Shown in pieces: positions 51,963 to 61,873 of a DNA stretch of 64,000 nucleotides. How positions within the stretch are numbered: position 1 is the first letter of the stretch; each line of letters starts with the position of its first letter. This DNA comes from a virus: the UHGV virus genome UHGV-0149901; one strand, written 5' to 3'. A program made the translations under genes and the position numbers. Below the pieces are notes generated by a model. The model did no database searches. It had not been told where the DNA came from and was given only the letters and a program-made list of their open reading frames with translations.

Positions 51963-52667
51963 ATGAACAACCTCCAGTTAGAGCATTTTAACGTCACAGG
52001 CCATTCTGATTTTCCTTTCAAGTTTACATTGAAAGGTTATGCAGAGGATGCGGTAGGCCAGATCATTATTGATAAAGGCATCGTTAAGTTTGAGGGGGAT
52101 TTTGATGAATCCGCGAAAACATTCATAGACTTCGTTGCCAAACGTTGGAGCGAGCAATGGAAAAACCTGGAAAAGCGCGCCAATGAGTTTGATCGGTTCA
52201 TGGATGCAATGGATACAGCAAAAGAGGCTCTTGATGCCGGGACTCCGTTAGATCTGGAGTCACTTTTCAACGGCGAAGTGGCCTCTGCGATGTTTGCCAC
52301 CATGTTCGCGGGTGAGTTCGTCCGCAGCGGTGCCAAAAACTACCTTGAGCTGGATTACAACGTCCCTGCAATTGGCGATTTCGTCGTTACCATCCAACGC
52401 AAAGAAGGTAAGACGCCAGGTGAACGCGTCGCAGAGCTTGAGGCCGTTGTGGATCAGCGTAACGGAGAGTGTGACCGTTTGATCAACGAGCTTCATGCAC
52501 TTCGGGAAGAAAGAATATGCGCGGGTAGTAATACACGTAATGCAGCGGATATCTACTTCCAGTTAGTTGAGGAATGCCAGATTCCACCAGGTGGCTCTCT
52601 TGTCGATTACGTAAGACATTTAATGGCGGAAGTTAGCTCCAGCCATAAAGATGGTGAGGTGCGCTGA
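51963..52667 (+). CDS. Hypothetical protein
   Basis: 234 aa ORF. Confidence 0.5.
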   Translation: MNNLQLEHFNVTGHSDFPFKFTLKGYAEDAVGQIIIDKGIVKFEGDFDESAKTFIDFVAKRWSEQWKNLEKRANEFDRFMDAMDTAKEALDAGTPLDLESLFNGEVASAMFATMFAGEFVRSGAKNYLELDYNVPAIGDFVVTIQRKEGKTPGERVAELEAVVDQRNGECDRLINELHALREERICAGSNTRNAADIYFQLVEECQIPPGGSLVDYVRHLMAEVSSSHKDGEVR

Positions 52668-53047
52668 TGTTTGGCATTGACGCACAGCGTATAGCCGCTT
52701 TTGCAAAAAGCCCTCTTGATAATCCCTTGTCTCGTAGTGAGCAAATGGAGCTGGCAAGGCTTTTTCTTCACATTCAAAAACAGGCAGACATTTTCAATAA
52801 CATGCCTAATCAACCTATTCTGGATGGTCACATCCAGATGGTCATTAACAGTCATGAGAAAGGCTGGGCTGCAATCGTCCCCAGCACAATTACATACAAG
52901 TTGGCGAAAGAGGTTCAAGAGTTTCGAAAAGCCAGTGTCGAATCTGAGTCTACCAAAGCCGCAATAAACACTCTTATTCGCATGGGATTCACATGGAACG
53001 GTGGAGCCTACTGGCAAGCACCTCACCCCATTTTATCCGGCAATTAG
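52667..53047 (+). CDS. Hypothetical protein
   Basis: 126 aa ORF, ATGA-type overlap. Confidence 0.45.
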   Translation: MFGIDAQRIAAFAKSPLDNPLSRSEQMELARLFLHIQKQADIFNNMPNQPILDGHIQMVINSHEKGWAAIVPSTITYKLAKEVQEFRKASVESESTKAAINTLIRMGFTWNGGAYWQAPHPILSGN

Positions 53048-53166
53048 ACGCTACAAATCCTTCTGCGTGAATAAATAAAGGCCATAAGTTGTGGCCTTAA
53101 ATAAATTGTTTTCTGCCTTTTCTTATTTGTGAAAATAACCACAACTAGAAAACAACGGAGTTAAGA

Positions 53167-53808
53167 ATGTCTAGTATTTCCGAAGCACATATGTTCGCCG
53201 CTGGCGCTCATGGTGGCGTTGGTCAGAAAAGAAAATATACCGGCGAAAACTACATCAACCACCCGGTTGCTGTCCGAGAGATTGTTGCATTGCATGACGG
53301 AACCGTGGAGATGCAAATCGCGGCGCTTCTGCATGATGTGGTCGAAGACACCCATGTAACCATAGAGATGGTTCGTGATCACTTCGGTGAGCGCGTAGCT
53401 GAAATGGTTCAGGCTCTGACCAACATTGCAAGGCCAGAAGACGGCAATCGAATACAGCGTTTCATCATCAATGTCCGGGAGCTGGAGCAAAATCTCGACA
53501 TGCAGACGCGCATGATCAAGCTGGCTGACCTGCTCGACAATACCTCTTCTATCGTGAGTCGCGATCCTGAGTTTTCAGCTATCTACCTTGCAGAGAAAGA
53601 GCTGATGCTGGACGTACTTTTTAACGGGAAGGAGATTGGTGCCAACGCTGATGTTGTCGAGTACATGGAGAGGATAGGTATAGAACACCCGTTGTTATTA
53701 AGCGCAAAGGCGAAAGTCACTGAAGGTATTGCGCTTCTGAAACCGGTACACATCAAACGTTATGAAAAACACAAATCGCTGATCTGGAGCGCGTGGGAGG
53801 CTGCATGA
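53167..53808 (+). CDS. HD-domain small alarmone hydrolase (SpoT/RelA hydrolase-domain-like)
   Basis: HD signature HPVAV ... AALLHDVVEDT matching (p)ppGpp hydrolase domain; 213 aa, no synthetase domain. Confidence 0.7.
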   Translation: MSSISEAHMFAAGAHGGVGQKRKYTGENYINHPVAVREIVALHDGTVEMQIAALLHDVVEDTHVTIEMVRDHFGERVAEMVQALTNIARPEDGNRIQRFIINVRELEQNLDMQTRMIKLADLLDNTSSIVSRDPEFSAIYLAEKELMLDVLFNGKEIGANADVVEYMERIGIEHPLLLSAKAKVTEGIALLKPVHIKRYEKHKSLIWSAWEAA

Positions 53809-54347
53809 AGGTCGAAAAAATAGATGTTCTTTCCTTTGTGCTGACGGATCTGGAACGCCTCGATCCGGTTCGAGTGATGATTGAAAACTACGAACCTGGT
53901 AAGGGAAGAATCACCATCACCTGCTACGGAAAAGCGTGGACTGCGGCTTGGTTTGCTATGGGCGGTGATGATGTGCAGACGTTCATTAAGCGAGTTAGCA
54001 ACGATTATCTAATCGACAATTTCGACCCTCAACTGCTAAGCACGGTCGACGATGACAACGATGCAAATCTGCTTTTCGTAAAGTCAGAAATCATAAAGTT
54101 ACGAAGAGAGAGAGAAATAGACGCCGTACTGGCTCGCGAAATGTGGGACGAGGCGGAAAACGCCGATGACGTAAAAGAAAGCTGCTGTTGTTTCGGCGTC
54201 GGTAACAAACTGCTGAATCTCTTTGGTGATGATCCGTGGTATGCCGACTGGCCAACGGTACCAAACCCGAAATACCAGTATCTGGAACGCATTGTGAACG
54301 CGGTACGTGAAGGGCTGAAAGAGTTAGATAAGTTAGAGGCATCGTAA
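53805..54347 (+). CDS. Hypothetical protein
   Basis: Start set at MKVEKI after GGGAGG. Confidence 0.5.
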   Translation: MKVEKIDVLSFVLTDLERLDPVRVMIENYEPGKGRITITCYGKAWTAAWFAMGGDDVQTFIKRVSNDYLIDNFDPQLLSTVDDDNDANLLFVKSEIIKLRREREIDAVLAREMWDEAENADDVKESCCCFGVGNKLLNLFGDDPWYADWPTVPNPKYQYLERIVNAVREGLKELDKLEAS

Positions 54348-54760
54348 TGAGAGAGAAAATCAAGAACCCGGTCGTCGTATTGTATAAACGGGAAACCAGC
54401 GATTCTTATGCGGTATCCATCACTGATGGAAGCCAGAACATGCACGATGGTCTGCTAATGGCCTCCGTATCTCCTGATGATTCTGACTACCCTTTCGCCA
54501 CTTTCGCTATGGTTGGTTACTACATGGCTGCCGAAATTGAGAAGTTGCGTGTTGAGCTGGAGACCGTTAAACAGCGGGAAAAGGATCTGTTTATGGAAAA
54601 TGTTCGACTTAAGTCAGGTATAGCAGGTCTGATACACCTCGGTATTCGATATGCGGATGTCGAAGTCATGAAAATAGCTGGAGATGCCCAGCTTTCTACT
54701 CCCTGTACTGACAGCATCATAAACAGTATTGCATCAGGCGTTTTCACCAAAGAGGGTTAG
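54347..54760 (+). CDS. Hypothetical protein
   Basis: 137 aa ORF, overlapping upstream stop. Confidence 0.5.
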   Translation: MREKIKNPVVVLYKRETSDSYAVSITDGSQNMHDGLLMASVSPDDSDYPFATFAMVGYYMAAEIEKLRVELETVKQREKDLFMENVRLKSGIAGLIHLGIRYADVEVMKIAGDAQLSTPCTDSIINSIASGVFTKEG

Positions 54761-54761
54761 C

Positions 54762-54950
54762 ATGATGAGAACAGTAGAAGTTCGCGCTGAAGATGTAATC
54801 CCAGGTGATGTGGTCATAACATCTAAAGGCAAACGATGTGCGGTTAAATCTTTCTGGATGGAAGGTGACAAAGTGACTCTGTTCGGTACGGATGGTTCCG
54901 AAACGGATTATGACTACGACGAATTGCTTGTTGTTGAGAGAGCTGCCTAA
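54762..54950 (+). CDS. Hypothetical small protein
   Basis: 62 aa from MMRT. Confidence 0.4.
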   Translation: MMRTVEVRAEDVIPGDVVITSKGKRCAVKSFWMEGDKVTLFGTDGSETDYDYDELLVVERAA

Positions 54951-55654
54951 TGACCACCTTTACCAAAGAACAGTTAATCTCCCATGCACGCGAAAGCGTT
55001 AGTTATCTGGAAAACTTGAAAGGACGTGTTAGCAAAGAAGGTGCGGACTGCAAAGTTGTTCTTGAGATGGTTGAACGAGATCTAGAACTGGCACGAATTG
55101 CACTGGCCTCGCTTGAGGCAAAACCAATAGGTGCATTCCACATTGCAGAACAGCAAGTTGACGGCACAAGTGACTACCTCAAGGATGGAGAATGGCCTAT
55201 TGATAATGGAATTATTGAGGTCTACGCCGCCCCACCCATTCCAGTAGTACCTGAAGAAAAACCAATGCCTAACCCTCTTAAAATGTACGCGGTCGATGCT
55301 GTTGCCGCTATTGCAGAGGTGAGAGGCTGGAACGCCTGTCGTGCCGCCATGCTTCAGAGTCAAGATAGTGGCATTAAGGATAGCTGGATAAGCTGTAGTG
55401 AGCGAATGCCTGTAATCGGCGAGCTAAATTGGAGAACTGGTTTTCCTTTGCTGATTACGTGTGAGATCGGCGTTATACCAGCTTATTACGGCTTTGTGAG
55501 CGTTAATGGGGGTAAGCATTATGGTTTTATGGAAAGTTTTAAATACGGAGACGATCGCGGCGGCCATCCTCAAACTAATGAATATGGACTGATTAGCAAC
55601 GTAACCCATTGGATGCCGCTACCAGAACCTCCGCAGGAGTCGCAGAGTGAATAA
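54950..55654 (+). CDS. Hypothetical protein
   Basis: 234 aa ORF. Confidence 0.5.
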   Translation: MTTFTKEQLISHARESVSYLENLKGRVSKEGADCKVVLEMVERDLELARIALASLEAKPIGAFHIAEQQVDGTSDYLKDGEWPIDNGIIEVYAAPPIPVVPEEKPMPNPLKMYAVDAVAAIAEVRGWNACRAAMLQSQDSGIKDSWISCSERMPVIGELNWRTGFPLLITCEIGVIPAYYGFVSVNGGKHYGFMESFKYGDDRGGHPQTNEYGLISNVTHWMPLPEPPQESQSE

Positions 55655-55853
55655 AGCAGAGTTATTTCAGAAAATATCGGCTCTCGCGACTGAATGTCAC
55701 GCTATAGCATCTGAGCTTGATGTTGGCGGTGAACGAACCGAGATGTTCGAAATATACAGTGTGCTGCGCAATCTCTGTCGGCGTGGCTACGCTACTCAGG
55801 TAGGGCGAATGACTAACCCACTACTTTCATTCTGTGATGAGGATGACGAATGA
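55647..55853 (+). CDS. Hypothetical small protein (GTG start)
   Basis: 68 aa ORF overlapping neighbours. Confidence 0.4.
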   Translation: MNKAELFQKISALATECHAIASELDVGGERTEMFEIYSVLRNLCRRGYATQVGRMTNPLLSFCDEDDE

Positions 55854-56233
55854 TGCATAAATCAGTAGCCGGTGAGCTTCAGAAGGAAGTCGATAATACC
55901 ACTGATCTATTGGACGATATTTTAAGCATTCTCGCGCTGCTTGAGGCTGGCGATTGGTCAGAACATTGCACTAAAACAGAGCTAGGCGGTCGGCTTGAAA
56001 GAGAGATTACACGACTGATTAGCGATGCCCAAAATGATTTGTCACCTGAGCATCTCCCCTGCGATGTAGTTCTTGTGCCAGGGATGAGGATACACGAAGG
56101 CGTCAGAACGAAAACATTATTAACCGCATTACAGAGAAGAGCCGAACTAAGCTCGCGGATAAAGTTGATGCCATCCAAAATATTTGATGTCGTCAAATTT
56201 ACGCCATCGCAACATACTGAGAGAGATAAATGA
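55850..56233 (+). CDS. Hypothetical protein
   Basis: 127 aa ORF. Confidence 0.45.
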   Translation: MMHKSVAGELQKEVDNTTDLLDDILSILALLEAGDWSEHCTKTELGGRLEREITRLISDAQNDLSPEHLPCDVVLVPGMRIHEGVRTKTLLTALQRRAELSSRIKLMPSKIFDVVKFTPSQHTERDK

Positions 56234-56856
56234 GCACGGTAGCGAAAGATCTCACAGAAGATATTCTCAATGAAATTATTGCTGGTGCAAATACCTCGCT
56301 TGAGCAACTTCTTGCGTTAGCACTGAGAGCCGAACGTCGAGACAGAAATCGTTTTTATGAGCGATTACCAGGGAAGCGACCAGATAGATCGGATGAAGAA
56401 GGTTGCGATATAGACTACATGGAGCCTTCAGAGATTTATCAACTTGGTAAAGATGACGGCTGGAACGCTTATCACGATGCTGTGATGAAGTTGGATGAAA
56501 AAGTTAAACCTCTTTCTCGACCGGTAGATCACGGTTTCCGCGATAACTGCGAATGCTCTAGTTGCCAGACCACGGCCCGTATTTGTTCCGAATTGACAGA
56601 TAAGTCCAGCCTAATCTACGAAGTTAATGTAGGCGGTAATACATGGGTCGAATGCACAAGAGCTGCATACGTAAGAGCAAAAGACAAGGGTGAATTAACC
56701 AGAGTTGTTACCCATCACCCAAATAATGAGCTTAAAGATCACCAGATTAGAGAACTGGTGAACGAGTTGCGGGATATTGCGGTTCAGTACCACGGAGCGC
56801 AGCAATTGCGGGAGAAAATTGCCAGAGCAGTGAACAACTCAGTCCGTAAAAAATAA
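56230..56856 (+). CDS. Hypothetical protein with CxxC pair
   Basis: 208 aa ORF; CECSSC motif. Confidence 0.5.
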   Translation: MSTVAKDLTEDILNEIIAGANTSLEQLLALALRAERRDRNRFYERLPGKRPDRSDEEGCDIDYMEPSEIYQLGKDDGWNAYHDAVMKLDEKVKPLSRPVDHGFRDNCECSSCQTTARICSELTDKSSLIYEVNVGGNTWVECTRAAYVRAKDKGELTRVVTHHPNNELKDHQIRELVNELRDIAVQYHGAQQLREKIARAVNNSVRKK

Positions 56857-57263
56857 GCAATAGTACGATAAAGAGGCCCCATGCTCTTGATGGGGCCTGT
56901 AGCAACTAGCGTTATGGACGCTGGTTTACGTACTCAATGATCGCTTTGATAATCGCGAACATCGGCGGCACGATTTTGAACAGTAAGTTAACCATAACAG
57001 GCCTCACTTAGTTTTATCGCGCCTAGCTGCAAATACCTTTGGGCTTGCCTTTGCAGTTGCAATATCTGTAGTCGCCAGATACTTACGGCACGATTTCGAG
57101 TTAAGGTAAGGTTTTAGAGTCACCAAAAACCTGGACTTAAATCTTCTTTGAGAACAACGATGTTTGGTAAATGGTCATTATTACCTAGCATGACGGCTCA
57201 ACGTTTCTTGATGAATCCAGTACATTCGGTTAATCTTAGCTCAGTCGCCAGATACTTATGGCT

Positions 57264-57325
57264 CAGGAACAGAGGCGCAAACTCTGTTTCCTTTTAAAAA
57301 GCCCAGCCTAGTCAACTGGGCTTTT
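57264..57325. terminator. Tandem hairpin terminators, likely bidirectional
   Basis: GGAACAGAG-GCGCAAA-CTCTGTTTCC TTTT, then AAAAAGCCCAG-CCTAGTCAA-CTGGGCTTTTT. Confidence 0.65.
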
Positions 57326-57621
57326 TAATGTCCGTTTTTAACCAAATGTACCCACAATACCGCAACATCAGTGTCTTGCGAATTAAGATAGGATTTATAG
57401 AGACTATGTGCAAGTGCATAACTTTGTGGATAACTCGTAAAGGAAAAAGTGGTTTCCGCGGACATTAGTTCAGACAAGGAGTCTGGGAAAGTCAATGGGA
57501 AGTAAAAATTTGTTAAAAATAACGTTTGTTGGAATTGTATATATTTATGCCTTTCAATAGTTAGCATCTTATTAACATCTTTTTTAAGAGATAGAGTTCA
57601 AAAATATATAGCTTCAACATA

Positions 57622-57641
57622 TACTGTATGCATATACAGTA
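57622..57641 (+). promoter_or_regulatory. LexA (SOS) box
   Basis: TACTGTATGCATATACAGTA, exact CTGT-N8-ACAG palindrome, 17 bp upstream of UmuD'-like start. Confidence 0.8.
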
Positions 57642-57657
57642 TTAAGAGGCGAGTATT

Positions 57658-58047
57658 ATGGGCTTCCCTTCTCCTGCGGCGGATTATGCTGAGAGCCGTA
57701 TTTCTCTTGATCAGCAGATAATTAGACATCCTTCAGCGACCTACTTCATGAGGGCAGCTGATAGTCATCATCGTGAGGGAATATTACAGGGTGCATTGCT
57801 GGTGGTCGATTCCTCACTTACCCCGGTTGATGGTTCTCTGCTTGTATGCGCTCTGGATGGGGAATATCGCGTAAAAAGATACCGGAAGTATCCACGTCAG
57901 CATCTGGAGGATTTAAGAACCGGTAAGAAGGAAGCATTGCCAAAGGATGACGATGGATGCACGGGCAGCAATGCCGTGTTTGGTGTGATCACTCACATTA
58001 TCAACGACGCAAGAAGTGGCGAGTTTGATGATTGTCCCGTGATGTAG
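57658..58047 (+). CDS. UmuD'-like protein (naturally truncated UmuD homolog, as phage P1 HumD)
   Basis: Begins MGFPSPAADY at the position matching the UmuD self-cleavage site; S24 peptidase-like fold; no umuC follows. Confidence 0.75.
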   Translation: MGFPSPAADYAESRISLDQQIIRHPSATYFMRAADSHHREGILQGALLVVDSSLTPVDGSLLVCALDGEYRVKRYRKYPRQHLEDLRTGKKEALPKDDDGCTGSNAVFGVITHIINDARSGEFDDCPVM

Positions 58048-58059
58048 GAGAACTGATTA

Positions 58060-58084
58060 GGCGGTGCAATGCACCGCCTTTTTA
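58060..58084 (+). terminator. Rho-independent terminator
   Basis: Hairpin GGCGGTGCAATGCACCGCC plus T5; abuts mrp stop. Confidence 0.7.
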
Positions 58085-59185
58085 TCACACTGCGCGGAAT
58101 GCGATTTCGCCAGGTATTACTTCACCTTGCCAATACATTTGGGCAGCAACGCGATCTGCGAGGTCACGATAAATAGCCGTAAATTCGCTATCTGGACGAC
58201 TAATAACGGTTGGTGTTCCGTTATCCAGATCTTCACGAAGAGAGATATGAAGTGGCATTTGGCCTAACAACTGCGTGTTGTATTTCTCGGCCAGTTTCTG
58301 TGCGCCACCGGTGCCAAAAATTGGCTCGTGATGACCGCAGTTACTGCAAATATGCACACTCATGTTTTCAACGATACCCAGTACCGGCACTTCGACTTTT
58401 TCGAACATCACAATGCCTTTCTTCGCATCGATCAGCGCGATGTCTTGCGGCGTAGTTACCACAACCGCACCAGTTACAGGAATGTTCTGCGCCAGCGTCA
58501 ACTGAATATCACCAGTGCCCGGCGGCATATCGAGAACGAGATAGTCCAGATCAGGCCACAGTGTTTCCTGCAACATCTGCATCAGCGCCTTGCTGGCCAT
58601 CGGTCCACGCCACACCATTGCATTGTCGTCGGTGACCAGATAACCAATAGAGTTGGTTGCCAGGCCATGAGACATGATAGGTGCCATGTGAGTACCGTCA
58701 GGTGAGGTTGGACGTTGGTTTTCCGAGCCCAGCATGGTTGGAATTGATGGACCATAGATATCGGCATCCAAAATACCAACTTTCGCACCTTCAGCAGCCA
58801 ACGCCAGTGCCAGGTTTACCGCCGTGGAGGATTTACCCACGCCGCCCTTGCCTGAGCTGACGGCGATAATGTTCTTCACGCCATTAATGCCTGGTTGGTT
58901 TTTGACGCGCTTAAGCGTGGCAATGTTGTACGACAGCTTCCAGTCAATAGCCTTTGCGCCAGTGATACGGAGCAGATCACCACTACATTGCTCTTTCAGG
59001 TCTTCAAAAGGCTTATTCCACACGAAAGGCATGATTAGTTCGACATGCAGTGTGTCATCCATCAACGCAACATGGTGTAACGCTTTAAGCGTAGTCAGGT
59101 TGTGTTTCAGGGTTGGGTGCTGAAAATTAGCCAGCGTACCGGCTACCATTGCTCTCAGGGCATCCGGCGATTTGGACTCGCTCAT
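58085..59185 (-). CDS. apbC: Fe-S cluster carrier ATPase ApbC/Mrp
   Basis: 366 aa; ParA/MinD-type P-loop GKGGVGKS and CxxC (CSNCGH); strongly resembles enterobacterial Mrp; divergent from metG as in the chromosome. Confidence 0.9.
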   Translation of the reverse strand: MSESKSPDALRAMVAGTLANFQHPTLKHNLTTLKALHHVALMDDTLHVELIMPFVWNKPFEDLKEQCSGDLLRITGAKAIDWKLSYNIATLKRVKNQPGINGVKNIIAVSSGKGGVGKSSTAVNLALALAAEGAKVGILDADIYGPSIPTMLGSENQRPTSPDGTHMAPIMSHGLATNSIGYLVTDDNAMVWRGPMASKALMQMLQETLWPDLDYLVLDMPPGTGDIQLTLAQNIPVTGAVVVTTPQDIALIDAKKGIVMFEKVEVPVLGIVENMSVHICSNCGHHEPIFGTGGAQKLAEKYNTQLLGQMPLHISLREDLDNGTPTVISRPDSEFTAIYRDLADRVAAQMYWQGEVIPGEIAFRAV

Positions 59186-59342
59186 CCCGTCTCCTTTATT
59201 TTAATTTGCGCAATTGTCGCCTTGTAGTGTACTCCAGCTACGACATTTAATCATTTATGAGAAATGCTGTTATCACATGGCAGACATAAGGCCATTTTGT
59301 TACTATCAAGCCCCTTTTCACTACAAAGAAGTAATGCCTACT

Positions 59343-61376
59343 ATGACCCAAGTCGCGAAGAAAATTCTGGTGACGTGCGCGCTGCCGTACGCTAACGGCT
59401 CAATCCACCTCGGCCATATGCTGGAGCACATCCAGGCTGATGTCTGGGTTCGTTACCAGCGAATGCGCGGCCACGAGGTTAATTTCATCTGTGCCGACGA
59501 TGCCCACGGTACGCCGATCATGCTGAAAGCACAGCAGCTTGGTATCACACCGGAACAGATGATTGGCGAAATGAGTCAGGAACACCAGACTGATTTTGCA
59601 GGCTTTAACATCAGCTATGACAACTATCACTCGACGCACAGCGAAGAGAACCGTCAGTTGTCCGAGCTTATCTATACTCGCCTGAAAGAGAACGGTTTTA
59701 TTAAAAACCGCACCATCTCTCAGCTGTACGATCCGGAAAAAGGCATGTTCCTGCCGGACCGTTTTGTGAAAGGCACCTGCCCGAAATGTAAAGCACCGGA
59801 TCAATACGGCGATAACTGTGAAGTCTGCGGCGCTACTTACAGCCCGACTGAACTGATCGAGCCGAAATCGGTAGTTTCTGGTGCTACGCCGGTAATGCGT
59901 GATTCCGAACACTTCTTCTTTGATCTGCCTTCTTTCAGCGAAATGTTGCAGGCATGGACCCGCAGCGGTGCGTTGCAGGAGCAGGTGGCAAACAAAATGC
60001 AGGAGTGGTTTGAATCTGGCCTGCAACAGTGGGATATCTCCCGCGATGCGCCGTACTTCGGTTTTGAAATTCCGAACGCACCGGGCAAATATTTCTACGT
60101 CTGGCTGGACGCGCCGATTGGCTACATGGGTTCCTTCAAGAATCTGTGCGACAAACGCGGCGACACTACCAGCTTCGACGAATACTGGAAGAAAGACTCC
60201 ACCGCCGAGCTGTACCACTTCATCGGTAAAGATATTGTTTACTTCCACAGCCTGTTCTGGCCTGCCATGCTGGAAGGCAGCAACTTCCGCAAGCCGACCA
60301 ACCTGTTTGTTCATGGCTATGTGACGGTGAACGGCGCAAAGATGTCCAAGTCTCGCGGCACCTTTATTAAAGCCAGCACCTGGCTGAATCATTTTGACGC
60401 TGACAGCCTGCGTTACTACTACACTGCGAAACTCTCTTCGCGCATTGATGATATCGATCTCAACCTGGAGGATTTCGTTCAGCGCGTGAATGCCGATATC
60501 GTGAACAAAGTGGTTAACCTGGCCTCCCGTAATGCAGGCTTTATCAACAAGCGTTTTGACGGCGTGCTGGCAAGCGAACTGGCTGACCCGCAACTGTACA
60601 AAACCTTTACTGATGCTGCTGAAGTGATTGGTGAAGCATGGGAAAGCCGCGAATTTGGTAAAGCGATTCGTGAAATCATGGCGCTGGCTGATCTGGCTAA
60701 CCGCTATGTCGATGAACAGGCTCCGTGGGTGGTGGCGAAGCAGGAAGGGCGCGATGCCGATCTGCAGGCGATTTGCTCTATGGGCATTAACCTGTTCCGC
60801 GTGCTGATGACGTACCTGAAACCGGTACTGCCGAAACTGACTGAACGTGCAGAAGCATTCCTGAATACAGAACTGACCTGGGATGGTATCCAGCAACCGC
60901 TGCTGGGCCATAAAGTGAATCCGTTCAAGGCACTGTATAACCGCATCGACATGAAGCAGGTTGAAGCACTGGTGGAAGCATCCAAAGAGGAAGTAAAAGC
61001 CGCTGCCGCGCCAGTAACTGGCCCACTGGCAGATGATCCGATTCAGGAAACCATCACCTTTGACGACTTCGCCAAAGTTGACCTGCGCGTGGCTCTGATT
61101 GAAAACGCGGAGTTTGTCGAAGGTTCTGACAAACTGCTTCGCCTGACGCTGGATCTCGGTGGCGAAAAACGTAATGTCTTCTCCGGCATTCGTTCCGCTT
61201 ATCCAGATCCACAGGCACTGATTGGTCGTCACACCATTATGGTGGCCAACCTGGCTCCGCGTAAAATGCGCTTCGGTATCTCCGAAGGCATGGTGATGGC
61301 TGCTGGCCCCGGCGGGAAAGATATCTTCCTGTTAAGCCCGGATGCTGGTGCTAAACCAGGCCACCAGGTTAAGTAA
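59343..61376 (+). CDS. metG: Methionyl-tRNA synthetase
   Basis: 677 aa from [28 protein letters not shown] (HIGH motif), KMSKS motif, zinc knuckles; track ORF start 59214 is an upstream in-frame extension. Confidence 0.95.
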   Translation: MTQVAKKILVTCALPYANGSIHLGHMLEHIQADVWVRYQRMRGHEVNFICADDAHGTPIMLKAQQLGITPEQMIGEMSQEHQTDFAGFNISYDNYHSTHSEENRQLSELIYTRLKENGFIKNRTISQLYDPEKGMFLPDRFVKGTCPKCKAPDQYGDNCEVCGATYSPTELIEPKSVVSGATPVMRDSEHFFFDLPSFSEMLQAWTRSGALQEQVANKMQEWFESGLQQWDISRDAPYFGFEIPNAPGKYFYVWLDAPIGYMGSFKNLCDKRGDTTSFDEYWKKDSTAELYHFIGKDIVYFHSLFWPAMLEGSNFRKPTNLFVHGYVTVNGAKMSKSRGTFIKASTWLNHFDADSLRYYYTAKLSSRIDDIDLNLEDFVQRVNADIVNKVVNLASRNAGFINKRFDGVLASELADPQLYKTFTDAAEVIGEAWESREFGKAIREIMALADLANRYVDEQAPWVVAKQEGRDADLQAICSMGINLFRVLMTYLKPVLPKLTERAEAFLNTELTWDGIQQPLLGHKVNPFKALYNRIDMKQVEALVEASKEEVKAAAAPVTGPLADDPIQETITFDDFAKVDLRVALIENAEFVEGSDKLLRLTLDLGGEKRNVFSGIRSAYPDPQALIGRHTIMVANLAPRKMRFGISEGMVMAAGPGGKDIFLLSPDAGAKPGHQVK

Positions 61377-61396
61377 TTAAGCAACCATTCTTCACA

Positions 61397-61426
61397 ATGC
61401 CCGGCAATACGCTGGGCATTTTCATT
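61397..61426 (+). terminator. Rho-independent terminator after metG
   Basis: Hairpin ATGCCCGG-CAATACG-CTGGGCAT plus T-rich tract. Confidence 0.6.
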
Positions 61427-61537
61427 TAGACACAATCCCTTCTGATTTACACATACCCTAAAACAATTTGTTTTCTGCCTTTTGTTGATTGAGATAATAA
61501 ACCACATAAGAAAACAACTTGTTTTGGAGTGGTTTAA

Positions 61538-61837
61538 ATGTTGAACATTACCCAAGCCTACCAGGTGGCATTGATCAGCTCATCTCATACATCAGAGGAA
61601 GATGCTCGCCGATTCATGATCGCAAGCAATGAGCTGGATTGGGTTTCACAAATTGAGTACGGTTGCATTGTCCACGCCGGGTTACAGGATGATGTCTGGA
61701 AAGACAACTTGCGTCGATATGGTATATCCGAGGGCGCGATTTCGAACATTCAGAAGGTACTTGATGTAGGCTTCGACTCTGTACATTTCGATTGTGGCGC
61801 ACCGGTCGTTGAAGGGCTTGAGTGCTGGCAATGGTAA
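61538..61837 (+). CDS. Hypothetical protein
   Basis: 99 aa ORF preceded by the element-type intergenic motif and GGAG RBS. Confidence 0.45.
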   Translation: MLNITQAYQVALISSSHTSEEDARRFMIASNELDWVSQIEYGCIVHAGLQDDVWKDNLRRYGISEGAISNIQKVLDVGFDSVHFDCGAPVVEGLECWQW

Positions 61838-61873
61838 TCCGGCAATCGCTTCATACTAGATAACGGAGAATTT

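Noticed and set aside
59214-59342. Upstream in-frame extension of metG (MSPCSVLQ...)
   Set aside because: Canonical MetG begins MTQVAKK at 59343 with proper spacing from mrp; the extension runs through the divergent promoter.
59400-61232. 610-aa reverse-strand ORF spanning most of metG
   Set aside because: Antisense to a strongly supported metG; long stop-free antisense frames are a common artefact of codon bias. No RBS or homology.
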